This document shows positions 8,915 to 17,885 of a stretch of 32,000 nucleotides of DNA, piece by piece. Under the pieces are notes generated by a model. It did not search any database and was not told where the DNA came from. It saw nothing but the letters and a program-made list of their open reading frames with translations. How positions within the stretch are numbered: the first letter of the stretch is position 1; each line of letters opens with the position of its first letter. Made by a program: the position numbers and the translations under genes. Source of the stretch: Nostoc punctiforme PCC 73102. GTDB lineage: Bacteria > Cyanobacteriota > Cyanobacteriia > Cyanobacteriales > Nostocaceae. The stretch is from assembly GCF_000020025.1 (NCBI RefSeq), contig NC_010628.1, positions 6,720,001 to 6,752,000 on the forward strand, in the 5' to 3' direction.

Positions 8915-10030
8915 ATGAAAATCAAGAATCGGGTAGGGTTAGCGTTCTCACTCGTCTTATTATCTGCCAGTATTGCTACCGCCCAACCAAAGCCAACTGA
9001 CTTGCCCAATCCGACAATTTCAACTCAGCAGCAAGACCAACTAGAAAAACTACAACAAGAAAAAGAAATACGCGATCGCGTTCAATCTGAAGTAGATCGG
9101 GCTTTTGGTCATAGCACAACCCTACTCAACATTTTGCTAATCGTATTAACTTTTTTGCCAATCTTAGCGGCGGCTGGTGTTTGGTTGCTACGTCGTAGTG
9201 TAGTTAGTGAATTAGTAACTGAAACAAAGCAACAATTAGAGACAGAAGTCAAAACACAACTAGAAAAAGAAGTCGCGGCAGAGGTAAAAAAACAAACAGA
9301 AGATTTTAAGCAAGAACTAGAAATATTAAAGTCCGACTTTTTAGGGCAATTATCCCAATTAAATAATCTATTTTTAGATGCTCAAAACCAAAAAGAGCTA
9401 ATTCTTCAGCAACTTTCTGGATTAACACCTTCCCCATCATTGACACAAGATTATGTTCACCCAGAAATTCAGCAAAAAATCCAAGAATTAACAACACAAC
9501 TAGAAATACTCAAGGCTGGAAATACTCATTTATTTTTTACTGCTAATGATTATCTTAAACAAGGAGATGCTTTATTTTTTGAAGGTCGATATGAAGATTC
9601 ATTAGCCTGCTATGAACAAGTTATTCAGAGAGAACCTAATTCTTTTCTTGCTTGGATCAATCACGGCTGGGCACTGAGAAGATTAGGGCGCTATCCAAAA
9701 GCATTATTATCATATCAAAAAGCAATTGCTATCCAATCAGATAACTATATAGCTTGGTTTGGGTGCGGTAATTCACTTAGAAAACTACAACGACATGATG
9801 AAGCGATCGCTTCTTATGAGAGAGCCTTAGAACTTCAGCCTGAATTTCATTGGGCTTGGTGCCATAAAGCCCGTTGTCATGCATTAAAAAACGATCGTGA
9901 TTTAGCTATTGAAAGTTTGACACAGGCAATTAAATTAAGAGGCGATCAACATCGAGAGTTAGCAAAAAATAATTCTGACTTTGATTTAATTCGAGCAGAT
10001 GAACGGTTTAAGAAAATACTTGCAGGTTAG
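8915..10030 (+). CDS. Membrane-anchored coiled-coil / TPR-repeat protein
   Basis: Signal-like N-terminus (LAFSLVLLSASIATAQ), a TM helix (LLNILLIVLTFLPILAAAGVWLL), a Q/E/K-rich coiled-coil, then about 4 TPR units (e.g. ALFFEGRYEDSLACYEQVIQREPN, AWINHGWALRRLGRYPKALLSYQKAIAIQ). Only 67 bp downstream of the orthocaspase gene. Confidence 0.8.
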   Translation: MKIKNRVGLAFSLVLLSASIATAQPKPTDLPNPTISTQQQDQLEKLQQEKEIRDRVQSEVDRAFGHSTTLLNILLIVLTFLPILAAAGVWLLRRSVVSELVTETKQQLETEVKTQLEKEVAAEVKKQTEDFKQELEILKSDFLGQLSQLNNLFLDAQNQKELILQQLSGLTPSPSLTQDYVHPEIQQKIQELTTQLEILKAGNTHLFFTANDYLKQGDALFFEGRYEDSLACYEQVIQREPNSFLAWINHGWALRRLGRYPKALLSYQKAIAIQSDNYIAWFGCGNSLRKLQRHDEAIASYERALELQPEFHWAWCHKARCHALKNDRDLAIESLTQAIKLRGDQHRELAKNNSDFDLIRADERFKKILAG

Positions 10031-10340
10031 ATTTTGCGCCTCCCATTTCTTTGTTTTTTTACCGTTCTAGTCTTTGGATGTTACATAAGTGCCTCTGTAC
10101 TGGCTAGCCTTCGAGATAAAACATTTCAAGCAATTTTTGATACCAGTATAAATTAGAGCTTTTTATGACTTTAGTTGTACTCCTATTGATTGGCCTAAGT
10201 GTTCAAATTGAGTATTTTGCTCATAAAGGATGAATTATAAACCAGAAAATATCTCAACTGAATTCAGTCGCCAGCAGGATGAGATTCAGCACAATATTTT
10301 TTACACTCAGAACAGTTATAAACAAACCTGGAAACAGCGT

Positions 10341-11183
10341 ATGCCTCTTCATAAACTTGAACATTTTGATCCAAACTATCGAGAAACTTTTGGTGGAGAC
10401 GACGTTAAATCACTGGTTCTTTATACTGAGGGAGGAGACAGAGTTGGCTCAGTAGCTGATGTTTTAGTTGATGATGATGGTCATTTCCGATATTTAGTTA
10501 TTGACACAAGCGAAGATTTTTCCGGTAAAAAAATCTTATTACCAATTGGTCTTTCCCGGATTGATTATCCTGCAAAACGTGTCTATGTTGATGGGTTAAG
10601 CAAACACCAAGTAGAAGGTTTAGTTGAGTATAAAGAAGACACAATCTTTGATCGTGATTACGAAGAAAAGGTACGTAGTGGATTTCGTTCTCCAACTAGC
10701 GGTGTAACTTACGATCGCAATACATACAATTACCAGACAGAACCAGCTTTATACGGTTTAAATGAGCAATCTCATCAAACTTTCAAACTCTATGAAGAAC
10801 GATTAATTGCTAATAAACACCGGATCAAAACCGGAGAAGTATCAGTTGGTAAACACATTGAAACAGACACTGCACGTGTTACAGTGCCTATTCAAAAAGA
10901 ACGAGTTCTAATTGAGCGAGTTGTGCCAACAGAAGGAGGAAAGATTGTAGATCCCAATGAACTGAAGTTCCAAGAAGGGGAAGTAGCACGTATAGAAGTG
11001 TATGAAGAAACACCAGAAATACATAAAGAAGCATTTGTGCGTGAAGAAGTCCGAGTCAAGAAAGTCGTAGAAAGAGATACAGTGGAAGCACAAGACACCA
11101 TTCGTCGAGAAGAATTAGATGTTGATACTGCGGGTAATTTACATGTGAATGAACATGGCAGTACTACACATGAAACTATTTAA
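10341..11183 (+). CDS. PRC-barrel + DUF2382 (YsnF/AvaK-like) protein, paralog 1
   Basis: The N-terminus from the ATG at 10341 (MPLHKLEHFDPNYRETFGG) parallels paralog 2 (MVLYKLEDFEPNYRDAFEG). The ORF track extends to 10230. PRC-barrel: GSVADVLVDDDGHFRYLVID. DUF2382: LYEERLIANKHRIKTGEVSVGKHIETDTARVTVPIQKERVLIER...REEVRVKK. Confidence 0.8.
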   Translation: MPLHKLEHFDPNYRETFGGDDVKSLVLYTEGGDRVGSVADVLVDDDGHFRYLVIDTSEDFSGKKILLPIGLSRIDYPAKRVYVDGLSKHQVEGLVEYKEDTIFDRDYEEKVRSGFRSPTSGVTYDRNTYNYQTEPALYGLNEQSHQTFKLYEERLIANKHRIKTGEVSVGKHIETDTARVTVPIQKERVLIERVVPTEGGKIVDPNELKFQEGEVARIEVYEETPEIHKEAFVREEVRVKKVVERDTVEAQDTIRREELDVDTAGNLHVNEHGSTTHETI

Positions 11184-11204
11184 GAGGATTGGATTTTTAA
11201 AACT

Positions 11205-11287
11205 TGTAGAGACGTGGGATGTTAGCGTAGCCGAGCATTTCCGATAAGGTTTCCTAGAGAAGCCCAGGTCAGTTTACCATCTCTACA
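11205..11287. repeat. 83-bp element bounded by inverted termini (MITE-like / small dispersed repeat)
   Basis: tgtagagacgtgg (11205-) pairs with ccatctctaca (-11287), whose reverse complement is tgtagagatgg. The interior gttagcgtagccgag...aaggttt resembles the gttagcggatagccaaggttt core of the 6540/17911 repeat. Confidence 0.45.
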
Positions 11288-11351
11288 GTATTTTAATTAC
11301 AACCAAAACTCCTAACTTCTTAAATTTGTTTTGTGAAAATTTTTAGTATTT

Positions 11352-11391
11352 ATATCCCTGACTTTTTTGAAAAGTTGGGGATATAATTTTT
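11352..11391 (+). terminator. Long hairpin with T-run (possible terminator or repeat hairpin)
   Basis: A 15-bp stem (atatccctgactttt with aaaagttggggatat, two G-U pairs), 3-nt loop, then aattttt. It lies about 170 nt past the stop of paralog 1. Confidence 0.4.
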
Positions 11392-11561
11392 AAACTATCA
11401 TTCATTTAGGACTGCTTTTATCTGCCATCAAGAAAAATAACTATAACTTTTGGTTATTTAACTATTGAAATAATTCATTCGACAGAAGGATGTAAAGAAG
11501 TCAAAAAATTTTTATCATAGTTGCTATGAATTGAAAAGAAAAATATTGAGGTTAAATAATA

Positions 11562-12458
11562 ATGGTACTCTACAAATTAGAAGATTTTGAGCCTAACTAT
11601 CGTGATGCATTTGAAGGTCACGATATTTCTGGGCTTGGGGTTTATACACAAGGTACTGATGAAAAAATTGGCACTGTCAGCGATGTTTTAGTTGACGAAG
11701 AAGGTCATTTTCGCTATTTAGTTGTTGACTTAGGCTTCTGGATTTTTGGTAAAAAAGTATTACTACCAATTGGTCGTGCCCGTATCGACTATAACGTCGA
11801 TCGCGTCTACACAATTGGCTTGACTAGAGAGCAAGCGGAAGATTTACCTGAGTTCAATGAACGTCAAGCGCTTGATTACGATTACGAAGAACGGGTGCGT
11901 GGCGTATATCGTCAACCAGCATATTCCACCAATACTTTAGATGCATCAGCACCTGTAGAAGCATCAATACCTGTAGATACAACCTATCAGCCAGCGACGA
12001 CTACGCCAATTTATAATCGTGATAGCTACAATTACGAACATGAGCCTTCTTTATTCGGGTTAAATGAGCAAGATCATCAAACTCTGAGATTGTATGAAGA
12101 ACGGCTGATTGCCAGCAAACATCGCCAAAAAACTGGAGAAGTATCCATTGGCAAGCGTGTTGAAACTGATACTGCACGGGTTGCAGTGCCAGTAGAAAGA
12201 GAGCGAGTTGTGATTGAACGTGTAACTCCAGTAGATGCAGGTACTGCCGTTTCTGGACGCGAAGCAGATTTCCGTGAAGGCGAAGTTGCTCGTCTAGAAA
12301 TCCATGAAGAAACTCCTGATGTTCGTAAAGAAGCATTTTTGCGTGAAGAAGTCAGAGTTAGAAAGGTGGTCGATCAAGACACAGTTGAAACGCAAGAAAC
12401 TGTGCGACGTGAAGAGCTAGATGTGAATTCTGGTAATCTTCCCATTGAAGAACGCTAA
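11562..12458 (+). CDS. PRC-barrel + DUF2382 (YsnF/AvaK-like) protein, paralog 2
   Basis: GTVSDVLVDEEGHFRYLVVD. LYEERLIASKHRQKTGEVSIGKRVETDTARVAVPVERERVVIER...REEVRVRK. By eye roughly 70% identical to paralog 1 across the C-terminal domain. Confidence 0.87.
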   Translation: MVLYKLEDFEPNYRDAFEGHDISGLGVYTQGTDEKIGTVSDVLVDEEGHFRYLVVDLGFWIFGKKVLLPIGRARIDYNVDRVYTIGLTREQAEDLPEFNERQALDYDYEERVRGVYRQPAYSTNTLDASAPVEASIPVDTTYQPATTTPIYNRDSYNYEHEPSLFGLNEQDHQTLRLYEERLIASKHRQKTGEVSIGKRVETDTARVAVPVERERVVIERVTPVDAGTAVSGREADFREGEVARLEIHEETPDVRKEAFLREEVRVRKVVDQDTVETQETVRREELDVNSGNLPIEER

Positions 12459-12467
12459 CCAAACATA

Positions 12468-12502
12468 GTCATTAGTTAGTAGCTAATGACTAATAATTAA
12501 TT
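12468..12502 (+). terminator. Hairpin after paralog 2 (candidate terminator)
   Basis: gtcattag (12468-75) pairs with ctaatgac (12483-90), 7-nt loop, followed by an A/T-rich tail. A second 8-bp hairpin is acaggtaa (12512-19) with ttacctgt (12537-44). Confidence 0.35.
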
Positions 12503-12617
12503 CGACACAGTACAGGTAAGGCCGATTGAATTAGCTTTACCTGTGCTTCCAATAGCTTAAAATGAGAAATACATTTAATTTAGCTAAGTAAAAAGCAGTT
12601 TATAAACTTTGTATATT

Positions 12618-13529
12618 ATGAATAGCCAACCGATGACAAAAAACATTGGACAGGCAAATAGTAATTCTGGCACTAACACCTCAATAGCAGATTTGAAAAA
12701 GAGGGTGAAGAATTTTGCTGTGTTCGATAACCAAGGTCAGCTAGTAGGAGTAGTTTATGATTTGATTGTGGATGCTAATAGGCGGTTAAACCTAGTTATA
12801 TCAAACCAGGTCAATCAACAAACTCTAGAATATGGCGAGCAGTTAGCCGATAAACATCCTTCTTTTTTTCGATTGCAGAGCCAGAGAATAAAAAAAATTG
12901 ACAAGCCGACTAAATCTGTTTTCATAGACTTCAACAAATCAGAAATCGAATATATGCCTGAATATTCAGAAGCAGAAAAAACCGGCGATGTCTACGAGGG
13001 GCTACGCCTAGACAACCCAACTGAGCAATTGGTTAATAATCAAACTCAAAATAGCGCAGTTGAGCCAGTAGATTTAGAAGAGGTCAGCGAAGAACAAATT
13101 ATTCGTCTACTAGAAGAACGACTAGTTGTTGAAAGCAGTAAGCGAAAAGTTGGTGAGGTGATTGTTCGCAAAGTCATCGAAACCCAGATGATCCAAGTTC
13201 CTGTCCGGCGTGAAAAGCTGATTGTGGAACAAATTAGCCCAGAACATAAACAACTCGCAGAAATTGATTTAGGTCAAGAGGAAATTGCTAATGTTGACTT
13301 GACCGGAGTAGAAAGACTCGAAGGTACATATTTTGAAAGCGGTTTAACAATAAGCGGCGAATTTAACTCGCCGAAAACTGCTAGTTTATTGTTGAATGCG
13401 ATCGCACTAGAGCAAAATCACGGCTGCAATCGGGTGCGTGTTACCATTGCTGTTGAAGATGAGTCACACAAGAATAAATACCAGGAGTGGTTTGATCGCT
13501 GTTCGAAAGATCAATCACCCAAGCCGTAA
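12618..13529 (+). CDS. Divergent PRC-like + DUF2382 domain protein, paralog 3
   Basis: The ATG at 12618 is preferred over the TTG at 12609. Degenerate PRC-like stretch: FAVFDNQGQLVGVVYDLIVDANRRLNLVIS. Clear DUF2382 core: LLEERLVVESSKRKVGEVIVRKVIETQMIQVPVRREKLIVEQ. It has a unique C-terminal ~90 aa. Confidence 0.7.
   Translation: MNSQPMTKNIGQANSNSGTNTSIADLKKRVKNFAVFDNQGQLVGVVYDLIVDANRRLNLVISNQVNQQTLEYGEQLADKHPSFFRLQSQRIKKIDKPTKSVFIDFNKSEIEYMPEYSEAEKTGDVYEGLRLDNPTEQLVNNQTQNSAVEPVDLEEVSEEQIIRLLEERLVVESSKRKVGEVIVRKVIETQMIQVPVRREKLIVEQISPEHKQLAEIDLGQEEIANVDLTGVERLEGTYFESGLTISGEFNSPKTASLLLNAIALEQNHGCNRVRVTIAVEDESHKNKYQEWFDRCSKDQSPKP
12985..13012. repeat. Short dispersed-repeat-like sequence in frame inside paralog 3
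   Basis: gcgatgtctacgaggggctacgcctaga, translated as GDVYEGLRLD. It shares tctacgag-NN-gctacgc with the intergenic copy at 1006..1030. Confidence 0.45.
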
Positions 13530-13556
13530 AAATAAGTTTCTAGCAGATAAATTTAG

Positions 13557-13587
13557 TAGGATGGGCATTACCCATCCTATTTTTTTG
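13557..13587 (+). terminator. Rho-independent terminator after paralog 3
   Basis: taggatggg (13557-65) pairs with cccatccta (13571-79), loop catta, followed by a T7 run. Confidence 0.8.
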
Positions 13588-13656
13588 CTTATTTAATCAC
13601 TTCAGCTCAGAGAGTGTCAAAATACTAAGCAGTTGCCGTTCTTTTGGCTACTTGCA

Positions 13657-14580
13657 ATGAAATTTCGACTGAAGAGACTTTCACGGAAGAAACAACAGCG
13701 TCTGATTTTACCTATTCAGATTCAAGTTCGAGACGGAAAATTTGAGATTATGGGTATGGGTGTATGGCATTCTTACTGGCGCGATCCCTACCATTTGCTG
13801 TTAACGATTCCCTGGGCTGGCTTTCTACTGCTGATTTGTACTTTCTATATAACTATCAATGCTCTATTTGCCCTAGCTTACTTGATAGGAGGAGATTGTA
13901 TTGCCAACGCCCGGCCAGGCTCTTTTTTAGATGTCTTTTTCTTCAGCGTGCAAACCCTAGCATCCATTGGCTATGGGGCGATGTATCCCAAAACAACTTA
14001 CGCCAACATTATTGTCACCATTGAAGCAATGATCGGTTTGGTGGGAATTGCTGTGATGACGGGGCTAGCCTTTGCTCGATTTTCCCGACCTACAGCTAGG
14101 GTACTTTTTAGTCGTATTGCTGTAATTACACCTCATAATGCAATGCCAACTCTCATATTTCGCACCGCTAATCAGCGTCGCAATATGATTCTAGAGGCGC
14201 AGATGCGAGTCTACTTAATGCGTGACGAAATAACCCTAGAAGGGCAATTTATGCGTCGGTTCTACGATCTCAAACTGTTAAGGAACCAAACGCCTAGCTT
14301 CACGTTAAGCTGGTCAGTGATGCATGTCATTGATGAGTTTAGTCCTCTATATGGCATGACACCAGAATCCTTAATCCAGACAAATACTATCCTAATTGTC
14401 TCTTTGAGTGGCATTGATGAAACGGTTGCACAGGTAGTCCATGCCCGTCATACTTATGCTGCTAATGAAATTTTGTGGAATAATCAATTTGCCGATATCT
14501 TCTACCACGCACCCGATGGACATCGCTACATTGATTACAACCGCTTTCACGATGTTTCGCCTTTAGATGAAATGCTTTAA
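13657..14580 (+). CDS. Inward-rectifier-type potassium channel (KirBac family)
   Basis: Selectivity filter TLASIGYGAMYP (GYG = 13969..13977), two TM helices flanking the pore helix, and a Kir-type cytoplasmic beta-rich C-terminal domain. The ATG at 13657 is preferred over the TTG at 13633. Confidence 0.88.
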   Translation: MKFRLKRLSRKKQQRLILPIQIQVRDGKFEIMGMGVWHSYWRDPYHLLLTIPWAGFLLLICTFYITINALFALAYLIGGDCIANARPGSFLDVFFFSVQTLASIGYGAMYPKTTYANIIVTIEAMIGLVGIAVMTGLAFARFSRPTARVLFSRIAVITPHNAMPTLIFRTANQRRNMILEAQMRVYLMRDEITLEGQFMRRFYDLKLLRNQTPSFTLSWSVMHVIDEFSPLYGMTPESLIQTNTILIVSLSGIDETVAQVVHARHTYAANEILWNNQFADIFYHAPDGHRYIDYNRFHDVSPLDEML

Positions 14581-14894
14581 ATGTCTGAAACTTACTCGGA
14601 ATTCTGATTGTCTGAGGATTGTAAGGCTTTAACAACGACTCGACCATTTTCAACTACAGTGCAATTTTTAACCATACTTTTGCTGTGGTTAACTTGTACA
14701 TCCTTACACTGGTTCTGGTGGGAGATATTTTGCTCCTGTTGTTGGTTGAGGACGACAACACAACAGGCGGAGGGGGAAAAGGACATATAAAGTATTTTGA
14801 TCTCTATATCTATTATCGCGCTACTGATGATGTTTGGCTGAAAAATTTGCTACCCATCTGTTTTGATTAAAACCAATTAAATATAGTTCCAACA

Positions 14895-14930
14895 AAAAAG
14901 CGCCCCCCATTGCTGGAGGGCGCTTTTTAT
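14895..14930 (-). terminator. Rho-independent terminator of psbA
   Basis: On the minus strand: gcgccctcc / loop agcaat / ggggggcgc (9 bp, one G-U pair), then ttttttgtt. It starts 18 nt after the psbA stop. Confidence 0.8.
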
Positions 14931-14947
14931 TTAGCTAATCTTCAGAA

Positions 14948-16030
14948 TTAACCGTTGATAGCAGGAGCAGTCATTGCTACAGGAGTAATTTCACCAGCAG
15001 CTAAGTCTAGGGGGAAGTTGTGAGCGTTACGCTCGTGCATTACTTCCATACCTAAGTTAGCGCGGTTGATTACGTCTGCCCAGGTGCTGATAACGCGACC
15101 TTGAGAGTCAATGATTGATTGGTTGAAGTTGAAACCGTTCAGGTTGAACGCCATCGTGCTGATACCCAAAGCGGTGAACCAGATACCGACGACAGGCCAA
15201 GCTGCTAAGAAGAAGTGCAGTGAACGGCTGTTGTTGAAGGAAGCGTATTGGAAGATCAAACGACCGAAGTAACCGTGGGCTGCAACGATGTTGTAGGTTT
15301 CTTCTTCTTGACCGAATTTGTAACCGTAGTTAAGGGATTCGGTTTCGGTGGTTTCACGCACCAAGGAAGAAGTTACTAGAGAACCGTGCATTGCAGAGAA
15401 CAAGGAACCGCCGAATACACCAGCCACACCTAACATGTGGAAGGGGTGCATCAAGATGTTGTGTTCTGCTTGGAACACGATCATGAAGTTGAAGGTTCCA
15501 GAGATACCCAAAGGCATACCATCAGAGAAAGAACCTTGACCGATGGGGTAGATCAAGAATACTGCGGTAGCAGAAGCCAAAGGTGCGCTGTAAGCTACGC
15601 AGATCCAAGGACGCATACCTAAGCGGTAAGAAAGTTCCCACTGACGACCCAGGTAGCAAGCGCAACCGATCAAGAAGTGGAAAACTACCAATTGGTAAGG
15701 ACCACCGTTGTACAACCACTCATCTAAGGAAGCAGCTTCCCAGATTGGGTAGAAGTGCAAGCCAATAGCGTTTGAGGAAGGAACAACTGCACCAGAGATG
15801 ATGTTGTTTCCGTAGATCAAAGAACCTGCAACTGGTTCACGGATACCATCAATGTCTACTGGAGGTGCTGCGATGAAGGCAATTACGAAGCAAGCAGTAG
15901 CTGCTAGTAGGGTTGGGATCATCAGTACACCAAACCAACCGACATATATACGGTTGTCAGTGCTGGTAATCCACTCGCAAAAGCGATCCCAAACGTTAGC
16001 GCCAGAGCGCCGTTGTAAGGTTGTGGTCAT
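14948..16030 (-). CDS. psbA: Photosystem II reaction-centre protein D1 (360 aa, Q130 isoform)
   Basis: [35 protein letters not shown]...[16 protein letters not shown]...APAING. The canonical start is the ATG at 16030, so the ORF-track start at 16072 adds 14 non-conserved residues. Codon 130 is CAG (15641-15643). Confidence 0.97.
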   Translation of the reverse strand: MTTTLQRRSGANVWDRFCEWITSTDNRIYVGWFGVLMIPTLLAATACFVIAFIAAPPVDIDGIREPVAGSLIYGNNIISGAVVPSSNAIGLHFYPIWEAASLDEWLYNGGPYQLVVFHFLIGCACYLGRQWELSYRLGMRPWICVAYSAPLASATAVFLIYPIGQGSFSDGMPLGISGTFNFMIVFQAEHNILMHPFHMLGVAGVFGGSLFSAMHGSLVTSSLVRETTETESLNYGYKFGQEEETYNIVAAHGYFGRLIFQYASFNNSRSLHFFLAAWPVVGIWFTALGISTMAFNLNGFNFNQSIIDSQGRVISTWADVINRANLGMEVMHERNAHNFPLDLAAGEITPVAMTAPAING

Positions 16031-16379
16031 TGTTTTATAAGTGCTATTTTTTGTTAAAAATGGAACAAGCAAATTTTGTTTTGCCTGTTGAATTACAGTC
16101 TACATGAATTTACTTTGACACGATCTTTGGCTTAATATTCTGTAATAGAATTCTTTAACAAGATCGTCGAAATGTAAAGTTTTTCTACTATGAATAATAG
16201 TGATAAAAGTAAGCGATTAAAGCTTTCTAAGCTATTACAAAATTAAACTGGCTATAACTTTCAATGACGCGATCGCCTAGTTTATTGTCTTTACATTCCG
16301 TTACAAATAGCCAGGATAATCTGTAACGAAATAATAAGTTGTACATTGTCTTATGTTGCTGTTGATTGTTTGTAGAAAC

Positions 16380-17879
16380 CTAAAAATCAAAGTATATATA
16401 GGGCAAGCTGCCTTCAGGAGCTAATAACCAAACAGCGTAGAAACATAGAGGGACAAAGACAAGCTTAATGGGCCAGTTAAACTCTAACTTCAGCATCCGG
16501 TTAAAGGCATAAACTACAGCCATCAGAGCAGCCAAAGTTAGCAGCACCCAAGTGAGTTGGTATTGGCTAATATTTAAAGCATCCACATAGACCTTTTGAG
16601 CAAACTGGGCATCAGCAGGATAACGCCAAAGGTGTCGAATTACCAAAGAAGAGTCTGCGATATTCGGTAGACGGAACCAAATCCAAGAGGTAAAAACCAT
16701 CAGTTGGGTCAAAAACCAAGCGACGAAGATACCTAGAGGATTTTGCCAGAATTGCTCCAGATTTTCAAAGCGATCGCTCATAGCATCTGTAAGTCGATGA
16801 ACCACTAAGGCTAACCCGTGGAATATGCCCCAAACTACATAACCCAAAGCAGCCCCATGCCAGATACCAGCGATTAGCATCACAGTAAATAAATTCCAGC
16901 AGGTGCGGATTAAACCGCGACGCGAACCGCCCAAAGGAAAGTAGACATAGTTGCGTAGCCAATCTCCGAGAGTGATATGCCAGCGCCGCCAAAATTCTCC
17001 AATACTGGTGCTGAAGTAGGGAAAGTCAAAATTTTCAGGTAGAACCAAGCCGAAAAGTAAGGCACTCCCACGGGCAATATCTACGTAACCGTTGAAATCT
17101 AGATATAACTGCAAACCGTAGGCAAATGTTGCTAACCAGAGATCGGTACTACCCGCCCGTTGTAAGTTACCAAAGCATAAATCAACAAAAATTCCCAGGT
17201 GATCTGCAAAAATACCTTTTTTGACTGCACCTCTAGCAATTAACCACAGCGCCTCTGCTACTCTATCGGCACTGGGAAAGTCTAGCGTATTGAATTGATT
17301 TGCTAAGTTGTGGTAGCGCGTAATCGGGCCGGAAATCAGTTTGGCGAAGAATAATTTATAGGTTGCAAATTTAAGAAACTGATCGGTAGCAGGCGCACCA
17401 CGATAGACATCTATTAAATAGGCAATACACTCAAAGGTGAAAAATGAAATTCCCAAAGGTGCAATCAATTTAAAAGAGCTATCTGGTGAGTTTGCTTGGA
17501 TATTGAAAACAAACTTAAATAGAGGGGTTAGATACTTAAAAGCTAATAATAGTAAAACATTTAGAGCTATACCTAGCCACAAAACTTTTAGACGACGACG
17601 ATTCCAGTCGCCTTGGGCAAATTGCCACTCTTCATTAGAAATTTGCCAGTCAAGAGAATGTTTCCCTGGTGATGTATTTTTTCCAATCTCTAGCCCCAAA
17701 CGAAAATTGATAAACGTCAATGCTAATAACAATGGTATGTACTGGATGTGCAAAGATGCGTAGAAAACCAAACTAGCAATTAGCAACGTCCATAATCGTA
17801 ATTTCTGTTGTGCTAAAGACCAGTAAATTCCTAAAACACTCAACAAGAAAAGACCATAGAAAATTGATATAAAGTTCAT
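16380..17879 (-). CDS. MBOAT-family membrane-bound O-acyltransferase (AlgI/DltB-like)
   Basis: A 499-aa polytopic protein. FWRRWHITLGDWLRNYVYFPLGGSR and AGIWHGA are the hallmark MBOAT His-containing blocks. Confidence 0.9.
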   Translation of the reverse strand: MNFISIFYGLFLLSVLGIYWSLAQQKLRLWTLLIASLVFYASLHIQYIPLLLALTFINFRLGLEIGKNTSPGKHSLDWQISNEEWQFAQGDWNRRRLKVLWLGIALNVLLLLAFKYLTPLFKFVFNIQANSPDSSFKLIAPLGISFFTFECIAYLIDVYRGAPATDQFLKFATYKLFFAKLISGPITRYHNLANQFNTLDFPSADRVAEALWLIARGAVKKGIFADHLGIFVDLCFGNLQRAGSTDLWLATFAYGLQLYLDFNGYVDIARGSALLFGLVLPENFDFPYFSTSIGEFWRRWHITLGDWLRNYVYFPLGGSRRGLIRTCWNLFTVMLIAGIWHGAALGYVVWGIFHGLALVVHRLTDAMSDRFENLEQFWQNPLGIFVAWFLTQLMVFTSWIWFRLPNIADSSLVIRHLWRYPADAQFAQKVYVDALNISQYQLTWVLLTLAALMAVVYAFNRMLKLEFNWPIKLVFVPLCFYAVWLLAPEGSLPYIYFDF

Positions 17880-17885
17880 TTTTTA

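Noticed and set aside
15348-16040. Several 60-65-aa ORFs overlapping psbA on the sense and antisense strands
   Set aside because: They are embedded in one of the most conserved genes known. They are frame artefacts of a long stop-poor region.
16031-16072. 14-codon upstream extension of psbA (ORF-track start 16072)
   Set aside because: D1 proteins start MTTTLQRR..., so the extension [14 protein letters not shown] is not part of conserved D1.
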